Below are positions 63,786 through 64,000 of a DNA stretch of 64,000 nt, one piece after another (the stretch's first letter is position 1; each line of letters starts with the position of its first letter). Source of the stretch: a virus; the IMG/VR virus record IMGVR_UViG_3300046535_000869, positions 1-64,000 of that record; one strand, given 5' to 3'. The notes under the pieces were generated by a model. The model made no database searches, was not told where the DNA came from, and saw only the letters and a list, made by a program, of their open reading frames with translations. The position numbers were made by a program, and so were the translations under genes.

Positions 63786-63986
63786 TTAGGCTCGTTCCGC
63801 CCAGTACTGATAGAAGGCCGTTCGGTAGATATCGCTCGGCTTCGGAGCCATCAATTCCTCGGCGACCGCCTTGGCCTCGGTCTCGGTCTCGAAGTATTGA
63901 ACCGCGCCGTCGCGCTTCAATGGAGCCTGGCGCGTCCCAGCCGCTCCGCCAGAGACGCGACACATTACGATAAAGTCGCCCGCCAC
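63786..63986 (-). CDS. Hypothetical protein (start may lie outside the window)
   Basis: Frame remains open to the window end. Confidence 0.5.
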   Translation of the reverse strand: MAGDFIVMCRVSGGAAGTRQAPLKRDGAVQYFETETEAKAVAEELMAPKPSDIYRTAFYQYWAERA

Positions 63987-64000
63987 CGTCGCCGTCCGCG

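Noticed and set aside
1-64000. Numerous plus-strand ORFs in the ORF track
   Set aside because: They overlap well-supported, translationally coupled minus-strand genes; expected in high-GC DNA
1-64000. tRNA, rRNA, integrase, att sites, IS elements, reverse transcriptase/DGR
   Set aside because: No recognisable motifs and little intergenic space; temperate versus lytic lifestyle cannot be decided from this window
1-64000. Very frequent GTCGAC hexamer
   Set aside because: Explained by Val-Asp and Ser-Thr codon pairs in high-GC coding sequence; no spacing pattern noticed

Overview
This window is a ~64 kb segment of a high-GC tailed phage or prophage (siphovirus-like, HK97-fold capsid), with essentially all genes on the minus strand and tightly coupled by ATGA/TGATG overlaps. 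Read in transcription order (right to left): SF2 helicase; ParB-DNA methyltransferase; terS/terL; a ~6.5 kb cluster of small accessory genes behind its own sigma70-like promoter (Tad2/DUF2829-like, KTSC, HTH_17, HNH, DUF3310); a portal-MuF fusion; glycosylation island 1 (two ppGalNAc-T-like enzymes, one with a C-terminal lectin-like domain, further GTs and a methyltransferase); a signal-peptide-bearing G8/beta-helix protein; a beta-helix protein; a 1409-aa protein with ~1000 aa of Ser/Pro repeats (SPSASV); an island of small genes with its own promoters; a prohead protease fused to an AAA+ ATPase; major capsid and a decoration-like protein; glycosylation island 2 (GT2, three methyltransferases, GmhA-like SIS isomerase, NeuA-cupin, class III aminotransferase, HAD, Maf/DUF115-like transferase, radical SAM, two GT-B); head-tail and tail genes, two of which carry the same SPSAS repeats; and a lysis cassette (holin-like proteins, DUF5675, lipoprotein). 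The most striking inference is a phage-encoded mucin/SRRP-like O-glycosylation system that would build a glycan coat on virion proteins. All calls come from reading motifs by eye; no database search was run.
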